Part shown: positions 16,681 through 16,733 of the stretch, piece after piece
Layout of the letters: every line of letters starts with the position of its first letter
Numbering within the stretch: the first letter of the stretch is position 1
Assembly: GCA_049599475.1 (NCBI GenBank)
Contig: JBMYOQ010000082.1
Span: 1-16,733 of the forward strand
Reading direction: 5' to 3'
Origin: Opitutales bacterium
GTDB taxonomy: Bacteria > Verrucomicrobiota > Verrucomicrobiia > Opitutales > JABSRG01
Length of the DNA stretch: 16,733 nt
Position numbers and translations under genes: made by a program
The notes under the pieces: model-generated
The model's input: only the letters and a program-made list of their open reading frames with translations
Database searches by the model: none
What the model was told of the DNA's origin: nothing

Positions 16681-16733
16681 CTTGTAGGATATACCCCTAT
16701 GAGAAATCAGCTTTTTGAGCCCTTGCGAGAATG

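Noticed and set aside
16491..16718. 75-aa plus-strand ORF after the terminator
   Set aside because: No recognisable features, and it spans REP-like palindromes. A gene end entering from the right edge on the minus strand cannot be resolved either.

Overview
Bacterial chromosomal window of about 50% GC. The PEP-CTERM/exosortase style and the REP type suggest Verrucomicrobiota (Opitutales-like); this is inference only. A long minus-strand run encodes an exosortase, glycogen synthase (glgA), an SNF2/SWI2 helicase, an extended SDR epimerase, and a sensor-less cytoplasmic phosphorelay: a REC-HK-pseudoREC-REC hybrid kinase, a stand-alone histidine kinase, and a response regulator with an unrecognised C-terminal domain. 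To the right lie a HIT-family protein, a secreted SGNH/SASA acetylesterase, a hypothetical protein and a PEP-CTERM protein with an intrinsic terminator. The most unusual material is non-coding. First, a 266-bp TA-flanked MITE-like element (141-406) is built from two inverted ERIC-like hairpin modules with identical bulged motifs but different, self-complementary stems. Second, a 99-bp tandem duplication (1973-2167) carries GTAG-type REP palindromes and has diverged mostly in one codon phase. Third, a related inverted REP-like pair with covarying stems lies at 16599-16680. No transposase, CRISPR array, tRNA or rRNA was seen.
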